64,000 nt of DNA from Felis catus. Taxonomy: Eukaryota. The DNA lies in contig NC_058368.1 in assembly GCF_018350175.1 (NCBI RefSeq), forward strand, positions 181,972,001 to 182,036,000, in the 5' to 3' direction. Every line of letters begins with the position of its first letter. Position 1 is the first letter of the stretch. The notes beneath the pieces were generated by a model. It was not told the DNA's origin, made no database searches, and saw only the letters and a list, made by a program, of their open reading frames with translations. The translations under genes and the position numbers were made by a program. Of the stretch, positions 48,471-62,440 are shown piece by piece.

Positions 48471-50079
48471 ACAGCAGAATTCTTATCAGAAACCATAAAG
48501 GCTGGATGAGAATATCCAGCAAAACTATCTTTCAAAAAGTAAAGGAGGAATGAAAACATTCCCAGATAAACAAAAGCTGAAGGGGATTCACTGCCAGTAA
48601 ACCTTCCCTATAAGAAATGCTAGTTCTTTAGGCTGGAATGAAAAGACCCTAGACAGTAACTCAAAGCTATATGAAGATATAAAGAATTCTGACAAAGGTA
48701 AGAGAACCCAAAATTCTTGGAAAAATGTCTAGGTAGATGATCATGAAGATATCCAACATATTAGAGTTTAATATTTTTTTTTCTGCCAGTTAACTATAGA
48801 AAGTAGAAATTTCTGTTTCACATCAACAATTAGCTACTTTTCTTTATTACTGTGGATATAATTATATTTGATCAAATAGGATAAATATACACGTCATCTC
48901 TATATAAAGTAGTTAAAAAATTAGCATAATGAAATCAATGTGATCATTGTAAATACACAGTATTATGCACAGTAATGATATTTTGTTAAAAATAATAAAT
49001 CTTATCATGGAAATATATAGTCAAATTTATCAGTTTTTCTTTAATAGATGTGATATGCATAGCAGTCTTCTGTATGTCAAATTATAAAAATATGCTAAAT
49101 TTTCTTTGATTATCTTCATGGTTTTCTACTTTTAATGCTTAGGTTTCTTAATTCATAAAGAGTTTGGCTTTACATCTTGTAAGAAAATGAGTATTTTCCC
49201 CCAATATTATGGCTATTTAACAAATGCTATTTATTGAAGAATTCACCATTCCCTTTTCCTACTAGTGTAAATGCTTTAAAATGCCACATTATTTGTTAGA
49301 CTTTCAAAATCATACAGGAATCTCTGAGCTCTCTCTTCCATTACTGTTATCTATTTGTCTGCTATTATGCCAGGTCAGCAATGTTTTAACTACTATAGGT
49401 TTTACAGCATGTTTTGCTATCTTGTAAATCAAGTTTCACCATTTCCTTCCTTAATTGTTTTCTATTCTTGTACATCTTTTTTGATAATTCTAAGGTCATC
49501 TTGTTAAGTTCCATTGAAATATTAATATAATTGGTAGATTGGGAATGCATTGAATTCATAGATGTCTATTAATACTGAGTCTTCATAACCAGGAATACAA
49601 TGTCTCTTCATTTATTTAAAGTATAGTGGTAAAGAATGCAAGTTCTCTTTCTTCCTGTGTGATTCTGAGAAATTTACTTAAGTACTCTATGGAGTAAAGA
49701 TTCAGTAATCTAATCCATATAAAGCTTTTAGGAAAATGCCTAGCACATTGTAAATACCTTATTAAAGTCCCTTTAAATTTTACTTTAGGATAAAATTATG
49801 TAGTATTTGTTTACAGAAAATAAAACAGGGAGAAAAATCAAGCTAGTAACCAATTATTTTCTCCATTAAGCCCTTCAGTGTGCATTTGTGGAATGGTGCT
49901 GGCAGGTCTCCTGTTTCCTAGGCTTTGTTTGCATGCTATGTTGGAGCAAGAGATGTGCTCAGGCATCAGCTAGGTCTCAATTTGAGTTGCAGCCCTGCTC
50001 TACGTCTTAATTAATTCATCGAATCCTCTAATAGTATCTACCTTGCAATGTTTCTGTGACGGTTAAAACTATTATCATA

Positions 50080-50265
50080 GCATAATAATATTTATCAAGA
50101 ACTTAGCACGTGCCGGACACTTTACACATTATCATTTATTACCCCAACAATCCAAACTGTTAATATTCCCATTTAGAGTTGAGGAAACTGAGGCACAGAG
50201 TGGTTATGCAACATTCTTTAGATAATAAAACCAATAAATACTCTCAATCACTATGCTGTATAACT
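50080..50265 (-). mobile_element. MIR
   Basis: gcacgtgccggacactttacac...cccatttagagttgaggaaactgaggcacagagtggtta. Confidence 0.8.
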
Positions 50266-51327
50266 TTTCATTTCTCCACAGACACCAAGTGACACCAAGT
50301 AGGTGACAGATCTTTGTTTTTGACTTTGTTATTATTTTTTCTTATTATTGGGGTATGACCTCAAACAACACACACACACACACCCCAAAGAGCAATATAA
50401 ATTGCTATAAAAATAAAATGAAGGGAAGATTCTGCTTTGTCTCTGGTCATGTACATGCATCCCAGATTGCTGTATCTTTTTCAATGATTTTAAGACTAAG
50501 ACAACATTAACTGGATAAAAAGTCCAAACTGGGTAATTCCTAACTCATTAGGCTTATGAACTCTGGTGCTGTGGCCTTGTCTTAAAGATGTATTTATGGT
50601 TATTGCCAGTAGACACTAGTATCTTTAATCTATGATCGCATCCATTAATAAGTTTGAAAAACATGAAAAAAAATTCAACTCTACAACATAGGTCTGTTAT
50701 TTAGTTGGGTATTTTGAGTTCCATGTTCCCATAGTAGCTATACATGAAAGCAAGGACATAAACTGAGACATCAGTGCTACCTACCATCTACCATAAATGT
50801 AACATTTGATTATATCTAGCATTATATCAACTTGCATAATTATTAATCTTGTTAGTGGTCTTAGAATTATACTCTCGTTAAAAATAAAACAACATAATTT
50901 ATCATGTTGACCTCTAACAATACATAATTTATTACTCATGAAAAAGCCCCAGAATGACATCTAGTAATGGTGAAGTCATTTTATTTAATAGCAGAGCAAG
51001 GCTGGGGGTGCGTAATGTCAAATATGCAAATGAAGTCAGAGAAATTCATTCAATTATCTGAATGTCATCTTGACAAACCCTTCAGATGTAAACCCTTCAG
51101 ATGTAAAAAATTTTTACCAGTTTGTCTTGATATTTGCACACCATTTAGACATGTATCTGAGAGTAGGGACAATTCAAAATGAAATCCAAAACTTTTAAAC
51201 CTTTAAATGACTCTGGAAATACTAGTGAACTAGATTTTAATTTGAACTAAGGACGAAGAGACACACCCAAATGTGGGAATATAAAATTGAAATAACTCAA
51301 AATGGTGACTAAAATAATATAAATCTT

Positions 51328-51533
51328 TAAAAAAATTTTTTAATGTTTATTTATTTTTGAGAGAGAGAGTGAGCAAGGGAGGGGCAGAGAAAGACAGAGA
51401 CACAGAATCCAAAGTAGGCTCCAGGCTCTGACTGTCAGCACACAGCCCCATGTGGGGCTTGAACTCACGGAACGTGAAATCATGACCCAAGCTGAAGTTG
51501 GATGCTTAACCGACTGAGCCACCCAGGTGCCCC
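51328..51533 (-). mobile_element. SINEC
   Basis: TSD taatataaatctt at 51315 and 51536. Confidence 0.96.
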
Positions 51534-52749
51534 ACTAATATAAATCTTAAAAGAGAAAAAGAAGAATGCAACCCATAAGACAAAACATGAAATAGTAATA
51601 GTGAAAGAAACCTCCAACTAAGATATATAAAATAAGGATAATCATTCTAATAGTATTTCTGGCCTGAGAAGTGAAACACAGGTAAACATTAATGGACCTC
51701 TTTTACATGTAAACTTAGAATTTCTGGCTAGAAAAATTAAAGCCTCAAAAGATATAAATCTATGTTTTAAATGTAAGCATTCAAGTTATTTTTTTAAATA
51801 TGATAGAGCAGTCTCTTTCTACAAGCTAAGAGAATTTGACCAATATATTATAATTTGCCAAGGTTACATACCAGAGGCAAATTCTAAAGTTTTTCTTTTG
51901 CCTAAAAAATTATGTGGTTATAAAAACTATACATCTTAGACAACTATAAGCTGAAGAAACTAAAATGGGATATCCTATTCCAGATACTGCAGTTTGCCAT
52001 TGTTTAATTAGGTCATTAATTTATAACATTTTAAGTATTTTCTATCTCTTTCTTAATGCACCTAGCATCTTATTTCTGGCTTTAACTGCTGACATGTACT
52101 GGGCATAAAGTCCAAAGAGACCATGATAGACAGGATGACTCCTCAACGTTTTTCCTCAAAGGAGCTTCAAAATCAGGGCCCATCAGGACACAGAAGGGTT
52201 TCAAGACTGTTTTTGCCAATATCCAATATTTTGCACATTATTCTAGGTCATATTTCATGTACTATCCAATTCCCTAAAGTGCTTACATCCACTTGGATCT
52301 TATCCAGAATTCCAAGTTTCCATCAACCAAAATAATTTAGTAGTATGTGCCAAAATCATCTGCTAGTTCCTCCTGGCCTCTATCAAGAAAGCAATGACTA
52401 AGGAAGAGAAAACTCATTCCAGTCTCTTCACTCAGCCCCACTCTTTCCTCCTCCCCCACTTTTCCAGGATTTACTCAGTTCAAATAATTTCATTTTTAAA
52501 TATTTAGAGAAAATATTAGAAATTTCTTTATGCTTGAGAACTAATCTAAATTAACAATTACTCACCTACACATTTGAAAATTTCATACAGATTATAGGTA
52601 TGTTCTATTAAGCCCTCTGCATAAGCATATTATGCCAGGTTTATGGTTCATTTTATCCCCTCCCTCAACATGTGGGGTTGATAATCATTCACAGAACCTA
52701 GTATATATTATTTTTCAATAAATGTCACCATATTTAGTGTGTAGATTTT

Positions 52750-52950
52750 AGATCATCAGAAAGCTTCATTTTGAGTCCTGGATCTGCTACTGTTAGGGCA
52801 AATTATTTAATTTCCCTAAGCCTCAGTTCTCTTGGCTGCAAAATTGGAAAAAAAAATAATAACCTAAAAGGTTATTAGGAAGATTAAGTTACATATCTAT
52901 GTACAAAACTTAGCATCTGGAACAGAACTAGAAGTATCAGCTAATTATTT
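52750..52950 (+). mobile_element. MIR
   Basis: ttgagtcctggatctgctac...gggcaaattatttaatttccctaagcctcagtt. Confidence 0.75.
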
Positions 52951-53234
52951 TTATCATTTACAAAAATTTCAGGAAAATATCACATTTATGTCAACATATT
53001 AAAAACTGGATGAATGCCTACACTAGATCTATAGTTTAGACTCAATGTCAAACGTAGTCTGGGTTACATGAATAATATGAGAATATGGTTTCCTTGAAAG
53101 GAGGATAACAGCTCATTCATGTCTAGCACCCTTACAGCCTACAACAAACAGGCTAAATCCAGTCCTAGATAAAATGCTCATATGAAATGATAGTTTCTCT
53201 TTACAATAAAATGAATTCTAAATTTTTAATATGG

Positions 53235-53845
53235 CATTCGAGGCCCTTGCTGCCAAGACTCTGGAGAGCACATGATTCTTGCTATAGCAGCATTTTAGCT
53301 TATCTTCCCAACTGTAGAGCACCCTGGCCATTTAGCAGGCTGACTCCACCCAGAACTCAAGTGGAAAGCTCTTGGACAATCAATGTAATTCTACCTCCCT
53401 TAAGACAGCTTTGGGTTAAGGATGCGAGTATCATTCAGGACTAAGCCAAGAAGAATGGAATTCCCAAGGTACAATGCTAGTTTCAGTGATGAGTATGTGA
53501 TATAGGAGCTAAACCACGATAAAATGCATAACTTTGTTTGATCATTGATTTATGAAGATCTCTCTCTTTCTCAGGAGGCAACAATGAGAAAGCATGGAAG
53601 CTTGCTGCTCTTGACAGCCATTCTTTGACCAAAAGGAGAGCCTACTACAGCAAACTGACACCCTAGAAGGCAGAGCACCGAGATATAAACTGTAAGAAGC
53701 TGATTTCATTGTTGTTGTTGTTTTTTTAGTTGATATTGTCAAACCATTGGATCAACCCTTATATGTAGTGTAATTAACCAATACATTTCTTTTAGTCTGC
53801 CTGAGAATTCTTTTACTTGCAGTCAAAAAATGGTGAACTCATATG
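53235..53845 (+). mobile_element. MLT1K-like LTR within an L2 fragment
   Basis: ggctgactccacccag...caatcaatgtaattc...ccattggatcaacc...ttttacttgcagtcaaaaa. Confidence 0.65.
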
Positions 53846-56084
53846 TGCACCAATTAGTTTTCTTGAATAATCTCTTATTAAAACTTTCACAAACATCATG
53901 GTCCAGCTATACTTGGTGGCTTCCCAATCCCCAAAGCCCTCCCACACATTGCTGCCTCTGTGTGCTTTTAGAAATAGTTTCCTGCATCAAAAATGCTTTC
54001 CTCCTTTATTCTACTCACTCTTGCAATTCTAGCTCAAGTGTAAGCCCACTTGTAAATCTTTTAATAAACTCCTACATTATGCCGAAGCTATAATGATTTT
54101 TATTTCTCTCCATCTCTCCTTCTCCCCACCTGAAGACTGTTAGTCACTTACAGGTAGAGCTGATGCCATCTTGGTATTTGTATCTCTATACTATATCTAC
54201 CACTATATCTACTATATCTACCATAAGATTCAGTAATCTTACTGATTTGGTTTGACTTTAATCAAACCAGATATTTGGGGAACATGTTTAGAGAAAAATA
54301 TATTAACAGTATATCTAATTATTAAAGCTAAGGAATTAACATTCTTGGACATCTATGTGTTTGGCACTATGTTATAGCGCTTTACATACTTGAGTATCAA
54401 TTTTCATCACAGACTTATAATTCCTATCCTTATTTTACAGGTCAGGAAATTGGGACTCAGATAAGTATCTCACCTTGCAAATCACCAAGTTTGCAAGCAA
54501 AGAAGCCAGAATTAGAATTAAGGGTCAAAGTATGCAATGGTATAAGGTCACTTAGCGGGTATACATACACCATAGTAATTCTAGACCTGGCTAAACTGGT
54601 CCACTTAGTCCAAAGGTTAGTGGAAAACAAAGCTTAACTTTACATAGTCCTCTACAGGTTAACTGAGACTACTTAAAAAAATGAAACTTCAAGAGAGGGG
54701 ATTCATTGGAGCAATTGTGTTAACTGTCCTAAAGGAAAAATACAGTCTGAACTCCCATAGGTCTTTCATTTACTAAACAAATATTTATTAAGTGTCTTTA
54801 AGGGCTGTGCTGCATTCCAGGTGCTTCAATATATCATACATATATGTACATAATATATATATAAGCAATAATAAATATATACAAAATTTTCCAATGTAAA
54901 TTTGATCAATATAGGCAGGATTATTGGAGATTTCTCCACACATTAAAAGCTAGTACATCAAAGTTAAATGATAGCAAAGTACTTTAAAATGTGAATATAT
55001 TTTTTTTAATTTTTGAGGCATCTTATTATTTGGCTAAAACATAAATACCAACAAATAAGAGGCATTTTTGTGTAAAAATTCCTTACAGAAGTTTTGGAGA
55101 AGAAATTCAGAGATTAGAGGTAGAATTATTTACCATTTTCCTTTCCTACCTGCTAGAAGGAGTCAAATACTAGAGTTATGTATGGAGGAGGCTTTTCAGT
55201 CATGTCAACCATAGATTAAGAGAAAATTTCAATCTAATAGTCAAAGCAAAAGATCAAGATCTATAAACATCACTTTGATCCCTACCTGGGGAAAGGTCTA
55301 GGCTGATTGCTTCTGTCACACTCCCTTTCTTTTTTCCCTAAGATTTCTAAGAAGGGCAAGATAAAGAATTAACATCTTCTCAAATTCTCTTTCCTCAGAT
55401 AACTTAGTATCTGGACCCTTTTCTTTGAAAATTAGTTTAAAAGTTACAAGGAAAGGATTGATAAATGAAAAATTTAGGACATAATTTAATCCCATATGGA
55501 GGAAGAGGAAGTGAGGAAGAAATATACTTAAGAACTGACATATAATATTGAGAGATATAGACAAAAGAAAGATTTTTAAGAAACAAAATTCTATTAATAC
55601 CCCAAAATATTAATTCATTGTCAATATATATTTCTCTTTCTCTTAGATTTAACAGGAATGCTAAGCTTTTATTTTGAATGTTCCTGATTACAAACCAGCT
55701 GTTTGATTTAATCATTTCCTCTGGAAAGATGCCACTTACTTAACAAGGGTCAAAGTGTGATAGAGGAAAGCAGAAGGCAAATCTAGCCAGAAAATAGATG
55801 CCGGTCACACATTGCAATCGAGTTTTATGTGCACAGATTTAAAATTGAACAAAATTGCTGTATCTCAAAATTACATTTGTGGAAACAATTTCCTTTCAGT
55901 AAGAGCCCAAGGTCTGATAGTCAGACTCCTTTTGAGGATAATGTCCAAGATACTATAGATTCATTAGTCACATCTGAACAGTATTCCCCAGAGGTATAAA
56001 TTATCAAACAACCTTAACATCATATCTTCATGCTTAAATACACCATTTTCTTGTGGGAAATTTCATCCATGTTGTAATGAACTA

Positions 56085-56595
56085 ATTACTAAAGAGAATG
56101 AGTTTGAAATTTAACATGAAAAAATTAGAAAGAATGCAAAAGCACAGTGTTGGTGAGATGGGAGAGAAATAGGTGTTCTCAGAAACAATTAGAAGTTTAA
56201 CTCAAATACAATAGTGAGAGGACAAGTTTTTAATACATCTCAAAAGTCTTTAAAATAGGCCTGTCTTTGCCCTAACAATCTCACTTCTGGAAATTTATCC
56301 TAAAGAAAAAAAACAAAACAAAATAAAACAGACTAGTGTCCAAACATGTATATATTTCCATCCAATAGAATACTATACAGCAGTGAACCATAAACCAACT
56401 ATTGATACATACATTAACATGGATGAATCTAGGACACACTACTCTGAGTAAGAAGCAGGTCATAGAAGAATACATACAGAGTGTATGTATGCATTCATTT
56501 CTCTGTAAAATTCAAAAGCAGGCAAAATCATTTATCAGGAATAACTAGGTGGCAGAATTATAAAAAGAAGCAAAGGATCATTTAAAACAGTATTG
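56085..56595 (+). mobile_element. Old L1 3' region fragment
   Basis: cacagtgttggtgagatg; aatctcacttctggaaatttatcctaaag; acatggatgaatct...aaaattcaaaagcaggcaaaa. Confidence 0.8.
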
Positions 56596-56599
56596 AAGA

Positions 56600-56880
56600 C
56601 GGGAAGCTGGATGGCTCAGCTGGTTAAGCCTCCAACTATTGATTTTGGCTCAGGTCATAATCTTGCAGCTTGTGAGATCAGTCATTTGGTGAGATAGAAG
56701 CCGAAGTCTAGGTCTGTGCTGACAGCATGGAGCCTACTTGGGTTTCTCTCTCTCTGTCTCTCTGTCTCTCTGTCTCTCTCTCTCTCTCTCTCTGTCCCCC
56801 ACCTTAATTATGTACGGCATGCATGCCCATGTACTCTCTCTCTCTCTCTCTCTCAAAGTAAATAAACGTAAAAGAAAAAA
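56600..56880 (+). mobile_element. SINEC
   Basis: gggaagctggatggctcagctggttaagc; long (CT)n; degenerate TSD aaacagtattgaa / aaacaacattgaa. Confidence 0.92.
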
Positions 56881-57269
56881 AAACAACATTGAAAATAATT
56901 AAATCTTAGGAGAAGCATAGGTACTTAAGGAAGAAATATCTACACAGCTAGGACTTAGGATGCAAATAGAACTACACCTAAATTACTAACCCCTCTTCCA
57001 TACATGATACCATAGCCCTCATATGACATATGCAGTCAGTAAAGTGGTTTTGAAAACCAACCACATCATCTCAAGGTTTTAGGAAAAGGATATCCTGCCT
57101 ATTGAAACATTTAATAGTTATTTTAGTAAATACTCATTAGAAAAAAATATCTATTGATGCTACAAATGTTAATTCTTCCTCAACAGATTTACTCTGATAG
57201 TTTGTTACAGAAATGCTAAGTTGTTCAGGGAATTATTCTTGTTATAGGCAAAGGAATCAGAAGATACAT

Positions 57270-59400
57270 ATAAAACATAATGGGACATACAATGGAAGGG
57301 GCTATTTAGTAGGTAAATTTTAAACGACACTGGTAGTATAAATAGTGCGTATGTCTTAATCGTTTCATAATGTAAGTATAAAAAAATCTACACAGATGAA
57401 AACTTAAAATATGTCTGTTCTTATTAATATTATATGTCATTTGAAAGAGAGCAACAGATGGAATCAAAGTAGGAAAATTTGAAACAACATTAAGATCAGA
57501 GGCTAAGTGCTACATGTTAAACAAAAGAAGAGATATAAATAAAATATAAATGAAATGAGAGTTGTCAGGGCAGTAAAATTAGTTTAAAATAGTCTTAGAA
57601 AAAATATTAAGAGAATATGAAATAGTAAGTTACAATAGAAATAAAATATAAAGAGATAAAATTTGATTTTAAGATATATGTGGGGAATTAAAGTGCACAT
57701 AAGTGAAGTTATAATGACTATTAAGTATAATTCTATAAAAATTCTAAATTATAATTGTAGTAAGTAACGTGGCAGCATAACTCATATCAAGAACAAAGAA
57801 GAAGGTGAAAAAAGGTAACAAAAACTTGTACAATGGTGAAAATGTCCATGTAATTTTGGAATGGTGTAAGATGAAAAGCTGAAATAGAACAGGAATAGAT
57901 AAAGGAAAGTAAATAATGACAAAAAGAAAAGGGACCTAAGAAGAGTCACAACTTCAGTGTAGCATGAAATTGAAACATGGCAAAAGGATAATATGAAATT
58001 CTGAAAAGGCAAATGACAAAAGTACAAAACCCCCAAAATGGTTAAAAAACAAGGCAAAGATGAAACGATTCTGGTGATTCTGAAGAATTAAGTTAACAAT
58101 TCACTGTTATAAGTTGAAACATACAAATGAGAACAAATGATTGAACTCTGCAAAGAAAATGAATAATGAAAAGCTTCAGGAAGACTTTCTTTCTTTCTTT
58201 CTTTCTTTTTTAAGCTGAATAAGGTGAGATACACATCTCACTCAAAAACCAAAAAGAAACACATGGAAGCAAATGCTTGCTTTAATGGTAAGTCAAAGAG
58301 CAATAGGGAAATTGCAGAAATGCTTTTGAAAAGATAAAAGGCCAACAGAAAGCTGAAAAGGACTAAGGGGGAAAAAAAGCTTACTAAGAGAAGGAACTGC
58401 TCAGAAGGGCACCTTTCTCAATTATTTATTTGCTTTCCGAAGTAAATTGTTATGGGATGCTGGTACAAAGAATGCTACTAAATTGGAAACAATATAAAAC
58501 ATGATTTAAATGTTTAAGGATTATAAAAATATGAGCAATAACCAAATTCAAAGAGCATCAGATGCTAAAGAGAATAAAATCCTACAAATATGGTTGACTG
58601 AAATATTATTAAGAATCACAATTAGAGACAAGTAGAAATTTGGGCCAACCAGTCAAAGCAGTATCCGGTACCTCTGTATATACTGAATATTGGGCTTTGA
58701 AGTGGCTCAGTCAGTTAAGCATCCGATTCTTGATTTGGGTTCAGGTCATGATCTCGTGGTTCGTGAGTTTGAACCCTGTGTGGGGCTATGTGCTGATGCT
58801 GTGAAGCCTGCTTGGGATTCTCAATATCTCTCTCTCCCTCTCTCAAAAATAAACAAATAAACTTAATTTTTAAAAAATCCAGTAACATTAAAAAATAAAA
58901 TATAAAACACCACCAACTGTTGCTACTATTAAACATGGAGCTCCCTACCCTGTACATGTGACTGGATTTTAAATTCCTATATTGTTATAATTATATTTTG
59001 AGGTGTTCTACGGATGGTAAAACATAGAAAATTTATTTAGTAAATAAAAATGGACAACATAGAAAAGCATACTGGGAATCTAAAGAAATGAACACACAAA
59101 TACTTTCTTTTTATTTGATGAACGGTTCATGAAAAAGTATTAGTGAATAAGAGGAGAAAATAACCCTAAGAGATAATTTTGTGGGAAAAAAAAATGAAAA
59201 ACAGCAGAGTAGAAAAGCATACGCTTCACATCGTGTTAATTTTTTTTTTTTAAATCAAAATGTGTTAACAAATTTGTTAAAGTCAAGGCAGAGTTCTTTA
59301 AACATAGACTAGAAAACAACAAGGTCAGTTTGGAGAGTTAACATTTTTGAGATCCTGGAAATCAATTGAAAAACTTGCCTAAGGAAAGATGACACAAAAT
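57270..59400 (+). mobile_element. Fossil RTE-clade LINE (L4/RTE-X-like), degraded APE+RT ORF
   Basis: Ordered motif remnants: GTYNGRG 57282, IYVGN*SAH 57674, NACFN ~58273, KHG ~58931, CYNY...*KIY 58983, FVGKK 59178, GELT 59332, TCLRKDD 59373. Confidence 0.75.
58700..58875 (+). mobile_element. SINEC (5' end degraded) inside the fossil LINE
   Basis: gtggctcagtcagttaagcatccg...tcaggtcatgatctcgtggttcgtgagtttgaaccc. Confidence 0.92.
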
Positions 59401-61944
59401 TAGAAGGAAAAGAAATGCAGAAGATGAAAAGAAATATCATGTATTAGTTTGATACATCTTAAAGAGTTTGCACTTACAGTATTTTAAAAGAATATAGAAT
59501 TGCCCTAAGTAGGTACTTGATTTAAATCTTCATTACTAAGAATTGCATTTATATACAGTATCTGGAACATAACCATTTTTCTTTTTCTTGGTCAAGAAAC
59601 TAAAATCCCAGGTTGGCCTAATTATTGATCACTGGATGTTCCTATTCTCTGAACTCAGTTCTAGGTCTTTATGCCTTATATTGCCATATAAGCTCTCACT
59701 CACATGCTTTACATTTGGTATACAACACCATGCTCTTGAAAGCAATTTTCTTATAGCACAAAGGATTTCTTAAAATGTTACAGTATAATCTAACAACTTT
59801 ACACACTGTTTAAGAAATACAGAAAAGGGCAACTTGCTCTCATTTGCTTCTCAAATGCCAAACCCATATACGGTAATATAGTTTTACGGAGTACAGGGTT
59901 GTTTTTTTCTTTTTTTTCCCCTCTTCCTAGCATTAGACATTACATTACTTTTCAGTGGCATAAATTGAAAACAAAATCACATTACCTGACAAATTTTCAG
60001 CAATTTGCCAATACTAAATGTTACTGAGTCCATTAGTACTTGTATATTGAGTTTGTTTTATATGAGTTTTTCCCTCCCCTATAGCCATTGGTAGAAAAGA
60101 AATGCAAAGTGAAAGAAAAATTAGTTTCATCAGCATAGAATGTAGCTTTCAGTGTAAAAAAAGAAAACCTAGCTCTACATTAGTAATTTTGTAAAAATCT
60201 CCTAGTACATGTTTAGGAACAGGTTCCCAAATTATTTCTCTGGACATTTGGAGGATTTCCAGAGAGCTAAATGAACACAGAAGTTTTTGTTGTTGTTGTT
60301 GTTTGTTTGTTTTTGGAGACTTTCCTTAGACAAGAATCCTATATTCTTTTTTTCTTCTTCTTATTTGAACACAGACTTCATTTTCACATGCTGGACTAAA
60401 GAATTATCAAGGACACTTGTAAGTCAAGAACTTGTATACTCCAGTGGAATCGTGGCATCATTAAAAGAAACAGTTTAAAATTATATTTGGATTAGGACAG
60501 AATAGGGAAACTGATATTTTAAGTGTCAGATAATGGGGCCTGCAGAATATAGGGAAAATGGAAAATGTGGACCATGTATTTCCACTGGGTTTTGCTTATG
60601 ACTGATAATTGGCTAGGTAGGACAGGAGATACTCAATGTCTGTTGTGCGAGTGAATGAAGAGAGAGATATGTCAAGACATTCAAAATGGCGAATTCTAAT
60701 GGGAAGTGAAAGAAGGAAATAAACTAAGGATTTTATTTTTTCATCTTTGTTATGATGCTAGGCAGAAGTTTTAGGAATGATCCACTGCAGTCTTAAAGTA
60801 AACCTCAGAGACCATACCAAGAAGTAGGTGAATAGGATAGTTATGACAATGACAAGCAAGCATTTTCACTAGATGTAAATCAAATTATTTAACCTGTATT
60901 ATTTACCAAGGCCTAGAACCAGTGTTGGAGAGACAAAGTTAGGTATTTTAATGGAGGAACTATGAAAAATTTCCTCCAAATATAGGACAGGTTCATTGTA
61001 TATTCTCATTGTGTTCCACAGAGAAAAATAATGTTAAAAAAATCTTAGGAGAAAAGAGATCCAGTAGAATATATGTATCAAAAAGATCTACAGGTATCTT
61101 CTAAGATCACATATTCTTTGGATTGGGAGAGAGCTATTTTTTATATGTGCTTTTAATAACATAATTCCAAAAGTATGTTTTTTTAATGCCTTTTATTATA
61201 CAAATTTAAAAAAAAACACAGACATGAAATTTTTAGATAAGATTTTTCACTTTTCCAGAAGAAAATGGTATTTATATCTTTATATAATCAGTGAGTAAGT
61301 GAGCAAACTAGATATCGGCACAGGTCTAATGTTAAGGAAGGGGTACTAAGATGCTGTGATATTTTAATAATCTAATAGAGTACATGGCTTATTATTACAG
61401 CTCTATATCAGAAACCTAAAAATAAACACGCACAATAAGCAAAATCTCCCTGGAATAGAATGTGTAAGTTAATCTGTCCACTAAGCCTATTACTATAAAG
61501 ATTTAAAGTATAATTTTAAAAACTGTTTTAAACAATCTCATCTGTATATTTGCTTTACAAAAATGTCAAATGAGACAAACCAATTATAGTATTGTTTATT
61601 GTTGTTGTTGCTGTTTTACTCTGTACTCAAGGAGTTACTTTCTTCACTTAAGGGAGATATTCTTTTTTTTTTTTTTTTTAATTTCCACTTCACAAACTGG
61701 TTGTTGAATCCAAAAGGTGACAGATTAGAAATCACAGCAAATTCTCAGAAAGTTCTGCCAGGTGTTAGGTGTGTGGGGGGGAGGGGTGTGAGGGAGAAAG
61801 CTGGCTCATGTTTCGGGAGGTGGTTTTCCTTCTAACAAGCTTATCATGGACATGGCTAAGTAATTCAGGTTAGGGGAGATGTATAAATGTTAGCTTATTC
61901 AAAGATCATCCTGTTGAGGCCACAGGGTTGCAAAACATGCTTGA

Positions 61945-62162
61945 AGGTGAAAGTTTTCTCCTGAAAGAGAAAAATCTCCCACCATCAGTCACCTTGGGAA
62001 AAGTTTAAAACCCAACTGAAACCAATGACAAGATGCTAGACATAAAACAAGCAGTAGGGAAAAAGTCAGCCAGACCTATCAAATCAGAATCTTGGGGGAG
62101 TCCAGGTTTAAACAAGTTCCCTGGGCCATTTTTATGCACACCCAAGTGTGAGAAACACTGCC
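61945..62162. mobile_element. MER5-type MITE
   Basis: ccagacctatcaaatcagaatctt...aacaagttccctggg...ttttatgcacacccaagtgtgagaaacactgc. Confidence 0.75.
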
Positions 62163-62177
62163 TTAGAACTGAGAATC

Positions 62178-62440
62178 TTGTGGTGTTATTTAAAGGAAGA
62201 TCACTGAAGCAAGACTGCCTGTTTTTGAATCCTAGCTCTACTACTTGTCAGCTATGTGATCTTCCGCCAAGTTACTTAACCTCTCTGTGCCTCAGTTTGC
62301 TCATTTGGGGGCAGAAAGGGTGGGGAAAACAGTAACAGTACCTATGTACCTATCTCAACGTTGTTGTTCTGAAAGTTATTTTAGGAAATAAATAAAATAT
62401 TTGTGAAGCGCTCAAAACAGAACTTGGCACATAAGAAACA
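62178..62440 (+). mobile_element. MIR
   Basis: tttgaatcctagctctactacttgtcagctatgtgatctt...caagttacttaacctctctgtgcctcagttt. Confidence 0.88.

Larger units (their letters stand above)
45590..48705 (+). mobile_element. Old L1M 5' region / ORF1 remnant with several younger insertions
   Basis: cctgaggaagcacagacattggactcactagacaaagatttta; aaacagaaattctggatctgaaaagcac; gaagaaataatggtcccaaattcccc; aaaacattcccagataaacaaaagctga. Confidence 0.85.

Noticed and set aside
47660..48705. L1 ORF1 as an intact coding region
   Set aside because: Multiple stops, frameshifts and a nested antisense L1 insertion
42922..54225. Short direct repeats as a possible CRISPR-like array
   Set aside because: Only 2-3 adjacent copies without unique spacers; ordinary slippage duplications in a mammalian genome
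57400..59400. A-rich tract as an endogenous viral element or processed pseudogene
   Set aside because: Motif order and spacing fit a non-LTR APE-RT ORF better; no viral or cellular protein motif recognised
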